Positions 1 to 9,700 of a stretch of DNA of 30,728 bases are shown here, piece by piece. The stretch lies in NCBI GenBank assembly GCA_044869275.1, contig JBIOXB010000017.1:1-30728 (forward strand), in the 5' to 3' direction. Within the stretch, counting starts at the first letter, position 1; the number at the start of each line of letters is the position of its first letter. Below the pieces are notes generated by a model, which saw only the letters and a list, made by a program, of their open reading frames with translations, was not told where the DNA came from and searched no databases. The DNA is from a bacterium. Its GTDB lineage: Bacteria; Zhuqueibacterota; Zhuqueibacteria; Zhuqueibacterales; Zhuqueibacteraceae. Position numbers and translations under genes: made by a program.

Positions 1-196
1 GCACCAAGCGTTGATCCTAAACTGGTTTCTGGTTCATCCACGACTATCAAACGGTGTGGCTGAGGGTTTCAACAACAAAGCCAAACTTGTCATCAGAAAG
101 GCGTACGGTTTCAAAAAGTTTCAGACAATTGAAATCATGCTTTATCACATACTTGGTGAGCTACCCATGCCGCCGCTCACCCACAGATTTTTATGA
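1..196 (+). CDS. ISL3-family transposase, C-terminal fragment (runs off the left edge)
   Basis: SNGVAEGFNNKAKLVIRKAYGFK matches the ISL3 C-terminal motif (SNG.xEG.NNK.K...R.AYGF) with the third catalytic Glu; stop TGA at 194-196. Confidence 0.92.
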   Translation, partial: HQALILNWFLVHPRLSNGVAEGFNNKAKLVIRKAYGFKKFQTIEIMLYHILGELPMPPLTHRFL

Positions 197-202
197 CGAG
201 GC
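1..202 (+). mobile_element. Right end of an ISL3-family insertion sequence; terminal IR about 179-202
   Basis: Transposase stop lies inside ...CCCACAGATTTTTATGACGAGGC, an ISL3-like terminus; an unrelated minus-strand ORF is cut off at 203. The left IR is outside the window, so the boundary is inferred. Confidence 0.75.
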
Positions 203-315
203 GATTCTTGAACAACAAAAACAGTGACACGCGAACGGGTGGGCAACGGAACTTGTAATTCTACGCGGCCGTTTTCCCTCACTTCGAGATCGTACTTAAG
301 CGCTGTTTGAATCAT
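203..315 (-). pseudogene. Small antitoxin-like (AbrB/DUF104-like beta-hairpin) gene, 5' part, truncated by the IS
   Basis: AGGAG RBS (324-328) 8 nt before ATG at 315; MIQTALKYDLEVRENGRVELQVPLPTRSRVTVFVVQES has the beta-hairpin pattern of small TA antitoxins; reading then enters the IS end. Confidence 0.6.
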
Positions 316-348
316 GGGAATAGCTCCTGAGTCATTTTTCTTGGCCAT

Positions 349-376
349 AATATACGATTTTTTTCTCAAAATGCAA
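349..376 (-). promoter_or_regulatory. sigma70-type promoter for the antitoxin-like gene
   Basis: TTGCAT-N16-TATATT on the minus strand. Confidence 0.5.
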
Positions 377-433
377 TTTTCCCAGTGAAGCCATGATCAT
401 CACCCGCGGAAGCATGCGCCTGGACGACGCCGA

Positions 434-462
434 TTGCCAATTTGACTTCCAACGCATATATT
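434..462 (+). promoter_or_regulatory. sigma70-type promoter upstream of the DNA ligase
   Basis: TTGCCA(434-439)-N17-TATATT(457-462). Confidence 0.55.
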
Positions 463-546
463 AATGCTGTTTGGCTCGTCAGAAAATCCCTCATTTTTCC
501 TGACATAGAATTCTTGTTGACAAAAGCAGTGGGTCTTCATATCGCC

Positions 547-2175
547 ATGAAACCAACACCATTCTTCGCCCTCTCCTCACTTTGCCAACAACTAGAAAAT
601 ACCGCCAAGAAACTCGAAAAGAGCGCCCTCATCAGCCAGTTTTTGCGAGAGCTGCAGCCGGACGAAATCGCGCCGGCAGTTCTTTTGTTGTTGGGAAGAA
701 TTTTTTCTGCGACGGATACGCGCACGCTCGAGGTGAGCGGTCGCACGCTGCAAAAAATTGCAGAACAATTGCCCAAGGGCGGCAAGAAAAAACCCCCGTT
801 GTCGATTCTCGAAGTGCATGAGCATTTTGCCGAGATTGCCGGCACCTCGGGCAAAGGCTCGCGCCAGCGCAAGGAGGACTTGCTCAGCGATTTGCTCGCC
901 CGCACCTCGGCTGCGGAGAAAAAGTATCTCGTCAAAATGATCTTCGGTGAAATGCAGCACGGTGTGGCCGAGGGCGTGATGCTGCAGGGCATTGCGCAGG
1001 CGATTGATGCCGATCTGCCACTTGTGCGCCGCGCGGGGTTGTTGCTGGGCGATATTGCGGAAGTCGCGCGGCTGGGATTAACCAAAGGCAAGGCCGCGCT
1101 TGCAAAAGTCTCGCTGCAATTATTCCGGCCTATTCAACCCATGCTGGCGGAATTGGCGGAAGATTTTACCGAGGTTTTCAAAGAACACGGTGGGGGAACG
1201 GCGCTGGAATTCAAGTACGACGGGGCACGTGTGCAAATTCACCGTGATCGCAGAGCGAAATCGGCTCCCGTCAAAATTTTCAGCCGGCATCTCAGTGAAG
1301 TGACGCCAAGCCTGCCGGAGCTGGTCGAATGGACGCAAACAAAAATTGCGGCGGATTCCTTCATCGTGGAAGGCGAAGTCGTTCCGGTCAATGCCGAGGG
1401 CAAGCCTTTGCCGTTTCAGGAATTGATGCGGCGCTTCCGGCGCGTGCATCAAATCGAAGAAACGATGAAAGAAGTGCCGGTGCGTTTGTACCTCTTTGAC
1501 TTGCTTTATTTGAACGGGGAAGCGTTGATTGATCATCCGTACAGGGAGCGCTGGAAACAATTGGCGGGAATTTGCGACCGCAAATTGCTCGCCGATCGCA
1601 TGATCGTCAAAGAGCCGCTTGCGGCAGAACAATTTCTGCAGGAAGCCATGCAAGCCGGACATGAGGGATTAATGGCGAAAGATTTGAGCAGCCTTTATCA
1701 ACCCGGCTCTCGGGGCAAGAGATGGTTCAAAATCAAACCGGCGGAGACGCTCGATCTCGCCATCGTCGCGGCCGATTGGGGCTATGGCCGCCGCACCGGC
1801 TGGCTCTCGAATTATCATCTCGCCGTGCGCGACGAGGAAACCGGCGAGTTTCTCGTCATCGGCAAGACATTCAAAGGTCTCACTGACGCCGAGTTTCAAT
1901 GGATGACGGAAAATCTGCAGAAGCTGAAAACCACTGCCAGCAATTATACGGTACATGTTCGTCCGCAGATCGTGGTGGAAGTCGCCTACAACGAAATTCA
2001 ACGCAGTCCGCATTACAAATCGAAGCTGGCGCTGCGCTTCGCGCGCCTCAAGCACATTCGCACTGACAAGTCTATCGAACAAATTGACACCATTGCAAGA
2101 TTGCGGCAGCTTTATGAAAAGCAATTCGAAAAGAAGGGGAAGGTGGGCCACAAAGATCGAGATGCTTATCAATAA
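547..2175 (+). CDS. lig: ATP-dependent DNA ligase (archaeal/LigB type: DBD + adenylation + OB domains)
   Basis: Motif I EFKYDGARVQIH, III VEGEVV, IIIa LFDLLY, IV EGLMAK, V WFKIK, VI LRFAR; N-terminal DNA-binding domain; ATG 547 chosen over the upstream TTG. Confidence 0.95.
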   Translation: MKPTPFFALSSLCQQLENTAKKLEKSALISQFLRELQPDEIAPAVLLLLGRIFSATDTRTLEVSGRTLQKIAEQLPKGGKKKPPLSILEVHEHFAEIAGTSGKGSRQRKEDLLSDLLARTSAAEKKYLVKMIFGEMQHGVAEGVMLQGIAQAIDADLPLVRRAGLLLGDIAEVARLGLTKGKAALAKVSLQLFRPIQPMLAELAEDFTEVFKEHGGGTALEFKYDGARVQIHRDRRAKSAPVKIFSRHLSEVTPSLPELVEWTQTKIAADSFIVEGEVVPVNAEGKPLPFQELMRRFRRVHQIEETMKEVPVRLYLFDLLYLNGEALIDHPYRERWKQLAGICDRKLLADRMIVKEPLAAEQFLQEAMQAGHEGLMAKDLSSLYQPGSRGKRWFKIKPAETLDLAIVAADWGYGRRTGWLSNYHLAVRDEETGEFLVIGKTFKGLTDAEFQWMTENLQKLKTTASNYTVHVRPQIVVEVAYNEIQRSPHYKSKLALRFARLKHIRTDKSIEQIDTIARLRQLYEKQFEKKGKVGHKDRDAYQ

Positions 2176-2216
2176 TCCTTGCTTTCCGATGCGCCCAAAG
2201 CTCGTCAGTTGAATTC

Positions 2217-2245
2217 TTGCTTTTCTCGCCGGTAAGTGTTATTCT
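2217..2245 (+). promoter_or_regulatory. sigma70 promoter with extended -10 for the HEPN pair
   Basis: TTGCTT(2217-2222)-N17-TATTCT(2240-2245) with TG at 2237-2238. Confidence 0.55.
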
Positions 2246-2272
2246 TGAGCATGAAATAAGGGGGAGGGGATG

Positions 2273-2647
2273 ATGTCGTTCGTGTTTTTAGACAAAGCCC
2301 AAGCGAATCTTGCGGCAGCGCAAGACTGCTTTGATAACGGCTTTTACGAAGCCTCAGCCAATCGCGCTTATTGCGCTGCGTTCCAGGCTGCGGTTGCTGC
2401 ACTCGCTGCACAGGGAATCCGCAGCAACAAAAATGAACACAAATGGGTGCAAGCAAGCTTTACCAGTGAATTGATCCATCGAAGAAAAATATATTCGAGT
2501 CGATTCAAATCATTTTTGGGCGACATGTTGCGCCTTAGAAACCTTGCAGACTATTCAGAGAAACCGACTAGCAAAAAAGTCGCCGCTTGGCAATTGACGA
2601 GAGCTATAGATTTATTCGAAGCGATTTCTCAGGAGTTGCAGCCATGA
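2273..2647 (+). CDS. HEPN domain protein (UPF0332-like), putative toxin
   Basis: FLDKAQANL..A...YEASANRAYCAAFQAAVAAL...H..V...F...RNLADY pattern; GGAGG RBS at 2263-2267 (start could be 2270). Confidence 0.88.
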   Translation: MSFVFLDKAQANLAAAQDCFDNGFYEASANRAYCAAFQAAVAALAAQGIRSNKNEHKWVQASFTSELIHRRKIYSSRFKSFLGDMLRLRNLADYSEKPTSKKVAAWQLTRAIDLFEAISQELQP

Positions 2648-2919
2648 TCAATTTCAAACAACAACAACTGATCGATGAATATCTCAAAGCCATCAAGGAA
2701 AAATTCCCCGAGGTACAATTCATCAGTGTGTCTGGGAGCCCGGAAGATCCCGCTGACCTTTGGCTCAACGTTACTACCCCCGATGAAGATCGAGAGATAG
2801 AGCTATTAGAATTCACAGCAGACAAATCAACGGATATTTTACTGGATTACGGCTTCCAAATTCTGGTCATGCCGCGTAGCAAGGAAGAAGCGGCGCGCTT
2901 GAGTGCTCTATCTCCATAA
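2644..2919 (+). CDS. Small acidic partner of HEPN; degenerate minimal-nucleotidyltransferase-like protein, putative antitoxin
   Basis: ATGA overlap with the HEPN stop (2644-2647); 91 aa; helix-strand-GS..D.W..V-helix-'DILLDYGFQILV' layout like MNT. Confidence 0.65.
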   Translation: MINFKQQQLIDEYLKAIKEKFPEVQFISVSGSPEDPADLWLNVTTPDEDREIELLEFTADKSTDILLDYGFQILVMPRSKEEAARLSALSP

Positions 2920-2989
2920 GGGACAGCGGCCTCATTTGTGTTTTCATTCTCAAGACCATAAACTAAGCATCGGAGTTGTTCGACCCATC

Positions 2990-5900
2990 ATGCCCCAACC
3001 TCCTCGCAAAGTCATCCTCCTCGGTAGCGCGGCGCTGAAAATCGGCGAAGCCGGTGAATTCGATTATTCCGGCAGCCAGGCGATCAAAGCGCTAAAGGAA
3101 GAAGGCCTCACGACGATTTTGATCAATCCCAACATCGCGACCATTCAAACCTCCGAGCATCTTGCCGATAAGGTCTATTTTTTGCCGGTGAATCCGTACT
3201 TCGCCGAAAAAGTCATTGCCAAGGAAAAGCCCGACAGCATTTTGCTCGGCTTCGGCGGGCAAACCGCGTTGAATTGCGGCCTGGCGCTGGCGAAAAACGG
3301 CGTGTTCGAAAAATATGGCGTGCAGGTGCTGGGCACGCCGATTTCCGCGATCGAAGATACCGAAGACCGCCATCTCTTTTGCGAGCGCTTGCACGAAATC
3401 AAGGTGAAAACGCCGCGCAGCGTGGCGGTCACGACGATAGCCGAAGCCGTGCGCGTCGCGCGCGACATCGGCTATCCGGTGATGATTCGCATCGCATATG
3501 CGCTCGGCGGCCTGGGCTCGGGTTTGTGCACGAAAGAAGAAGAGCTGCGCGAACTGGCCGAGAAGGCGTTCAGCTACACCAGTCAAATTCTCGTGGAAGA
3601 ATATCTCAAAGGCTGGAAAGAGATCGAATATGAGGTGGTGCGCGACAGCTTTGACAACTGCATCACGGTGTGCAACATGGAGAATTTCGATCCACTCGGC
3701 ATCCATACCGGCGAGAGCATTGTGGTGGCGCCCAGCCAGACCTTGAGCAATCGCGAGTATCACAAGCTGCGCGAGCTCGCCATTCGCACCATCCGCCATC
3801 TCGGCATCGTGGGCGAATGCAACATTCAATACGCGCTCGATCCGCATTCTGAAGATTATCGTGTGATCGAAGTGAATGCGCGTCTGTCGCGCAGCTCGGC
3901 GCTGGCTTCCAAGGCCACGGGATACCCGCTGGCTTTCGTCGCGGCCAAGCTCGCGCTCGGGCACAGCCTGGTCGATCTCAAGAATTCGATCACGCAAACC
4001 ACGATGGCGTGCTTCGAGCCGGCCTTGGATTACGTCGTGGTCAAGATTCCGCGCTGGGATTTGAAAAAATTTCGCAAAGTCAGCAAGCGCATCGGCTCGG
4101 GCATGAAGTCCGTCGGGGAGGTGATGGCCATCGGCCGCAGCTTCGAAGAAGCGCTGCAGAAAGCGCTGCGCATGCTCGAGATCGGCGTGCAGGGCTTGAT
4201 CGGCAACGAACATCTGCAATTTGGCAATCTCGAGGAGGAATTGCGCAATCCCACGGACGAGCGTGTGTTTGCGATTCCGCTCGCGCTGAAAGCCGGCATG
4301 AGCATCGCACGCATCTACGAGCTCACGCACATTGACAAATGGTTCCTCTATAAAATCAAAAATATTCTCGAGGTGGAAAGACAGCTGGCGATTTATGCCA
4401 ATGGCGTTTGCCCCCGCGGTGTATTGGAGCGTGCGAAGCGCGCGGGATTTTCCGACAAACAAATTGCGGCAATTCTAAAAACGGATGAACTCGAAGTGCG
4501 CAACATGCGGCGAAACTACGCCTTGTCGCCGCAGATCAAGCAAATCGACACGCTCGCGGCGGAATATCCCGCACAGACGAATTTTCTGTATTTGACCTAT
4601 AACGGCAGCGCCACCGACGTGCAGCCCAGCGGCAAGCGCGCGGTGATGGTGCTGGGCTCGGGCGTCTACCGCATCGGCAGCTCCGTGGAATTCGATTGGT
4701 GTTGCGTGAACGCGGTGATGACGCTCAAGCAGCTCGGCTATCGCACCATCATGATCAATTATAATCCCGAGACCGTGAGCACGGATTATGATGTATGCGA
4801 CCGGCTGTATTTCGATGAGCTCAGCCTGGAGACGATTCTCGAAATCTATGAGAAAGAGCAGGCGCTCGGCGTCATCATCTCGATGGGCGGGCAGACACCG
4901 AACAATCTCGCGCTGAAACTGCAACACGCGGGTATGAACGTGCTCGGCACTTCGCCACAGCAAATCGATATGGCAGAAGACCGCCATAAATTCTCCAAGC
5001 TGCTGGACGAGCTGGGCATCGATCAGCCCCTATGGCGCGAATTGAGCGCGCTGGAAGAAGCCAAAGCGTTTGCGAACAAGGTGCAGTATCCGGTGCTGGT
5101 GCGGCCCTCGTATGTCTTGAGCGGCTCGGCCATGGCCGTGGCCTCGAACGACCACGAACTCCTGCAGTTTCTCGAGAATGCCACCACGGTCTCGCGCGAG
5201 CATCCGATTGTCATCAGCAAATTCATCGAGAGCGCCAAAGAGATCGAGATCGACGCCGTGGCAAACAACGGCGAGGTTATCGTACACGCCATTTCCGAGC
5301 ACATCGAGCACGCCGGCGTCCATTCCGGCGATGCCACGCTGGTGCTGCCGCCGCAGTTCACGTTTATCGAAACCATTCGCCGCGTGCGCACCATCGCGCG
5401 CAAAATTGCGGCGGCGCTCAAAATCACCGGGCCGTTCAACATTCAATTCGTCACGCGCGGCACCGACGTCAAGGTCATTGAATGCAACTTGCGCGCTTCG
5501 CGCAGCTTTCCGTTCGTCTCGAAAGTCTATCGCCTGAATTTCATCGATCTCGCCACGCGCGCGATGATGGGCGAAAAGGTCGAAAAGGTGGATCGCTCTT
5601 TATTCGAATTGGAATACGTCGGCGTCAAGGCGCCGCAGTTTTCCTTCACGCGGCTGTCCGGCGCCGATCCGACGCTGGGCGTGGAGATGAGCTCAACCGG
5701 CGAAGTGGGATGCCTGGGCGATGATTTCGACGAGGCTTTTTTGAAAGCGATGATTTCGGTGGGCAACAAGCTGCCGATCAAGAACGTGTTGCTGTCGACC
5801 GGCCCGATTGAAAACAAAGCCGAATTTCTTTCCAGCGCCCGCCTGCTGCAGGAAAGCGGAATGAAGCTCTACGCCACGCGCGGCACGGCGGAATTTATGG

Positions 5901-6184
5901 CACAGGTTGGCGTCGAGGCCGAGGTGCTGAATTGGCCGCTCGAGAAAGAGAAACCGAACGTGGTGGATTATTTGGCCGAGCGCAAAATCGATTTGGTGAT
6001 CAACATCCCCAAAAACTTCCAGGAGAAGGAATTGACCAACGATTATATCATTCGCCGCAAGGCCGTAGATTTCGCGATTCCGTTGATTACCGAGGTCCAG
6101 CTCGCCAAGCGTTTTGCCGAGGCGATCACGCGCAAGAGCTTGGAGGAGTTGCAGATCAAAAGCTGGGAGGAATATGGGAAGTGA
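2990..6184 (+). CDS. carB: Carbamoyl-phosphate synthase large subunit
   Basis: LGSAALKIGEAGEFDYSG, two ATP-grasp repeats (GIHTGES / GVHSGDA), IGSSVEFDWC, C-terminal MGS domain; start ATG 2990. Confidence 0.97.
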   Translation: MPQPPRKVILLGSAALKIGEAGEFDYSGSQAIKALKEEGLTTILINPNIATIQTSEHLADKVYFLPVNPYFAEKVIAKEKPDSILLGFGGQTALNCGLALAKNGVFEKYGVQVLGTPISAIEDTEDRHLFCERLHEIKVKTPRSVAVTTIAEAVRVARDIGYPVMIRIAYALGGLGSGLCTKEEELRELAEKAFSYTSQILVEEYLKGWKEIEYEVVRDSFDNCITVCNMENFDPLGIHTGESIVVAPSQTLSNREYHKLRELAIRTIRHLGIVGECNIQYALDPHSEDYRVIEVNARLSRSSALASKATGYPLAFVAAKLALGHSLVDLKNSITQTTMACFEPALDYVVVKIPRWDLKKFRKVSKRIGSGMKSVGEVMAIGRSFEEALQKALRMLEIGVQGLIGNEHLQFGNLEEELRNPTDERVFAIPLALKAGMSIARIYELTHIDKWFLYKIKNILEVERQLAIYANGVCPRGVLERAKRAGFSDKQIAAILKTDELEVRNMRRNYALSPQIKQIDTLAAEYPAQTNFLYLTYNGSATDVQPSGKRAVMVLGSGVYRIGSSVEFDWCCVNAVMTLKQLGYRTIMINYNPETVSTDYDVCDRLYFDELSLETILEIYEKEQALGVIISMGGQTPNNLALKLQHAGMNVLGTSPQQIDMAEDRHKFSKLLDELGIDQPLWRELSALEEAKAFANKVQYPVLVRPSYVLSGSAMAVASNDHELLQFLENATTVSREHPIVISKFIESAKEIEIDAVANNGEVIVHAISEHIEHAGVHSGDATLVLPPQFTFIETIRRVRTIARKIAAALKITGPFNIQFVTRGTDVKVIECNLRASRSFPFVSKVYRLNFIDLATRAMMGEKVEKVDRSLFELEYVGVKAPQFSFTRLSGADPTLGVEMSSTGEVGCLGDDFDEAFLKAMISVGNKLPIKNVLLSTGPIENKAEFLSSARLLQESGMKLYATRGTAEFMAQVGVEAEVLNWPLEKEKPNVVDYLAERKIDLVINIPKNFQEKELTNDYIIRRKAVDFAIPLITEVQLAKRFAEAITRKSLEELQIKSWEEYGK

Positions 6185-6318
6185 AGGGGATTCGTGCGCG
6201 TGAGGTGAACGGAAAACAGAAGATAACCCCCGTGCTTCTTCTGCAACCGCCCAGTGCAGAGGGTATATTCTATGCCAGTTAAAGATTGCTGGCCTCGAAT
6301 TCCATCCGCATTGACTTC

Positions 6319-6672
6319 ATGAACTGGTTGAAACAAGTTGTCGTCGATTTGCTGATCACCGGCGTTATTCTCATCACCGCCCTTCAAAACCTGCCCGGGC
6401 TGGAAATCCTGCTCGCCATTTACACCGCTCTTCTACTCTTCATAAAACTCTTCTGCTGGTTGAATGAGGGCATTTTGAAACGGTTGAAAAGGGGAGCAAC
6501 CGCCGCGCCCGATTGGTTTTATCATGTGCTCCATGCCGCAAATGTCGTGCTGCTGGCCGGGACACAACGTTGGGCGATGGGGCTGACTTGGCTCTCGATC
6601 TGGCTGGTGTCCTGGCTCATCTCACGCAAGCTGCAAAGCCTGCGATCGTCTTCTTCCGTGCGCCAGCGATAA
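6319..6672 (+). CDS. Small hypothetical integral membrane protein (about 4 TM helices)
   Basis: Hydrophobic segments separated by a basic loop; candidate promoter CTGCAA-N17-TATATT at 6241-6269. Confidence 0.75.
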   Translation: MNWLKQVVVDLLITGVILITALQNLPGLEILLAIYTALLLFIKLFCWLNEGILKRLKRGATAAPDWFYHVLHAANVVLLAGTQRWAMGLTWLSIWLVSWLISRKLQSLRSSSSVRQR

Positions 6673-6720
6673 GGGGGTTGCAGGATCCGCACCAACGCAT
6701 TTGCCCTGAGGTTGTGGCCC

Positions 6721-9700
6721 TCAGGCGGGCAGGGCCAGAAGCGGGCGATTTTCAAACTTCGGCAAATCCGTCTTTTCCGCTTCCAACAAGCGCAGCGCTT
6801 CAGCAATACCGCGCTCCAATTGTGGATCTTCACCGCGCACGTGCGCGGCGGGGTCGAAATCCACGACGATATCGGGATCGACGCCGTAATTCTCCACCCG
6901 CCATTCCACGTCCATAAACCAAAACGAATATTGCGGCTGTGTCGTGCGGCCGCCGTCCGCCAAGGTGTATTTCATGTCGATGCCGATGACCCCGCCCCAG
7001 GTGCGCTTGCCAATCAACGGTCCGACTTTCAGCAATTTGAAGCTATGGCAAAAAATATCGCCGTCCGAGCCGGCAAATTCATTGGTGAGAGCTACAATCG
7101 GGCCGCGCATGGCATGCTGCGGATACGGCTCGGCCGTGCCCCAACGCTTCACGTCATAGCCGATCGGCCGGCGCAGTAGTTTTTCCAACAGCATGAAAGA
7201 AACATTCCCGCCGCCGTTGTAGCGCACATCTACGATCAGACCTTGCTTGCCGGTTTGGGCGAGATAATACCGGTGAAATTCGATCAACCCTCTCGTGCCC
7301 ATGTCGGGAATGTGCAAGTAGCCGACCTTCCCGCCGGTCTTTTCTTCCACGAGCTTGAGATTGCGCTCGACCCAGTCGCGATAGCGCAAGATATACTCGT
7401 TATGCAATGCTTTGACCGTGACTTGCCGCGGCGCACTCCCGGGCACAGGAGCTTGCACGGTCAACACGACGTCTTGCCCGGCTTGATTCGCCAGCAAGTG
7501 TCCAGGCGTGACGGCCGCGCCGAGGCGCACGCCGCCGATCGCCAGTAGCGCATCACCTTCGTTGAGGTTCAATCCCGGCGCGCACAGGGGCGAGGAACAA
7601 TCTTTCATCCACACGTCGCCACGATAGATCTTTTTCAAAATGTAGCGCTGATCTGCAGCCCCATACTCCAAATCTGCGCCCAGGCGGCCGATGGTGTAGG
7701 TGGCCGTATAGCGATAGTCGCCGCCGATTTCATAGGCGTGTGAAGTGCCCAGCTCTCCTTGCATCTCCCAAATCAAATCTGAGAACTCCGAGCGTGTGGC
7801 GACGCGGTCGAGCTGTGGATAATAGCGCGCATAGACTTTTTGCCAATCGACGCCCGACATGTTTTCATTCCAAAAAAACTCGCGCTGCAGACGCCAGGCT
7901 TCACGAAACATCTGCCGCCATTCCGTGGGCGGATCGATGGAGAATTTTGCGCGCGACAAATCGAGCCATCCGGTTTTGCGGCTCGTCACCGCATCGTTGC
8001 TGTCGGCCGGTTTTTCGCCCGCTTTCAGCACGCGAATGCGCTTGCCGCTGCGATAGCTCAAGGTTTTGCCGCCGTTCGCGACTTGAATGGTGTTGACGTC
8101 GCTGGCAATCGTATCCAGCTTTTGCGTGACAAAATCATACACGTACAGCGTGCCGCGCTCGTCTTCCTCGTCACACGCCGACCAGTCTCCCATGTCGGCA
8201 CGCCCACGCATGGAAAAAGAGGTGAACACCACCTTGTCCTTGATGCCCAGCACTTGGCGATAGATGCCCTCTTTCACCGGAAATTCGAGTACACGTTGCT
8301 GGATGCCATCAAGATCGATGCGCATCGCTTCCGCGGGCTTGTCTTTGCTTTCAGGTTTTTCACTTGAGCTTGGCGGCTCGGGCGATTTTTCCGCCGTCGC
8401 ACCGTTTTTTGGCAATTCAATTTTAGCCGCACTCTCTTCACCCGGCGCCGCCGGTTGAGGAATGAACGGATTGGACAGTTCTTTGCGCAGCGTGATCAAA
8501 TAAGGCTTGATGGCGCCCGGGAATCCCACGGCAAATTGGATGGTGTCATTCATCGGATTCAACACACGCGCGGATAGAAAATAAAGATAGCGCCCCTCGG
8601 GATCGAAGTGCGGAGCGAAATCGCGCAAAATCGGCTGGGTGATTTGGTACACGGCGCCGGTTTCGATTTCACACAGGAAGATCGCGCTGACCGCTTGATT
8701 CACGCGCTTGCGATAGGCGAGCCAGCGCCCGTCGGGTGAATAGGTCAATCCCGAGATTTCCGCGTGCTGGCTGTGATCCAGGCGCCGCGTTTCGCCGGTT
8801 TCCAAATGAATGAACCACAGCTCGAGGCGGCTGTTGGTGAATGCCGCCTGCGCCGCCACCGGGGAAGAAATGAGATACTGAATGCGCCCCGGCGGAACAT
8901 CGAAGCTGCGCGCCGGCTCGGCGGCCGGCTCGCCCTCGAAGACCACGATTTTTTCCTCGCCCGCCTCGGTATCGCTCACCGCGACCAGGCGTTTGCCTTC
9001 AAACAACCAATGGATCAGGCGATGGCGCGCGCCTTCACGCACTCCCAGTTGCACGGGCGCGCCTTCCCAATGCGCCATGGTGTGCAATTTGCCGCGCGCG
9101 ACGAGTGCAATGGCATGGCCTTTGGGATTCAAATGGTACGTCTCCAAATAGCGTGCGGCCGAAGAAAATTTGCGCTGCGTCTGCACCAGCGGGCTGCGCC
9201 ATTGCATTTGCAGTTTCCGGTCTTTGCCCTTCGCCACCTCCAAGGCATACAAATCGCCGCCGGCTTGATAGACGATGGTTTTGCCGTCCGTGCTCGCGTG
9301 CCGCGCATAAAACTCACGATGCTCGGTCTCCCGGCGCAAGCCTTCGCCATTCAAGTCGCAAGAATACAAATTGCCGATGCCGTCATGATCCGAAACGAAG
9401 TAAATCCGGTTGCCGATCCACAGCGGGCCATTGGGATTGCCCTGTGGCAAATGCAGTTTGAGGAAGTGCCGGTCGCCGCGCCGATCGATCCAGATTTCGC
9501 CGGCCGTGCCGCCGCGATATCGCTTCCAGCGCGCGTTGTCATCATTGTTGCGGCCCAATACCAGGCCCGGCCCCTCCGGCTGCAAACAGAGGTTGCGCGT
9601 CGGACAATTGAGAAAACTCTTCGGATACTCGGCCGCAAGAGTGACGCTGTAAACCAGCGGCTGTTCCATGGGGTTGGAATTCGCATGTGTGCTGAGGAAG

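Noticed and set aside
393..464. 23-codon ORF MIITRGSMRLDDADCQFDFQRIY
   Set aside because: No RBS, overlaps the predicted ligase promoter, no recognisable motif
442..546. Upstream extensions from the ORF track (ligase from 442, carB from 2903, FAD subunit from 17791, LiaF-like from 23011)
   Set aside because: They cover promoter or intergenic sequence; domain boundaries, and for the LiaF-like gene the RBS, favour the downstream ATGs
3092..4462. Long antisense ORFs (456 aa here; also 8764-10035, 11065-12369, 14358-15494, 25556-26455, 27848-29263)
   Set aside because: Shadow frames of well-supported genes on the opposite strand, expected from GC-rich codon bias; no recognisable motifs
7814..7822. 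Perfect DnaA box TGTGGATAA
   Set aside because: Single copy inside the tricorn CDS with no cluster or AT-rich unwinding element; oriC is expected beyond recF
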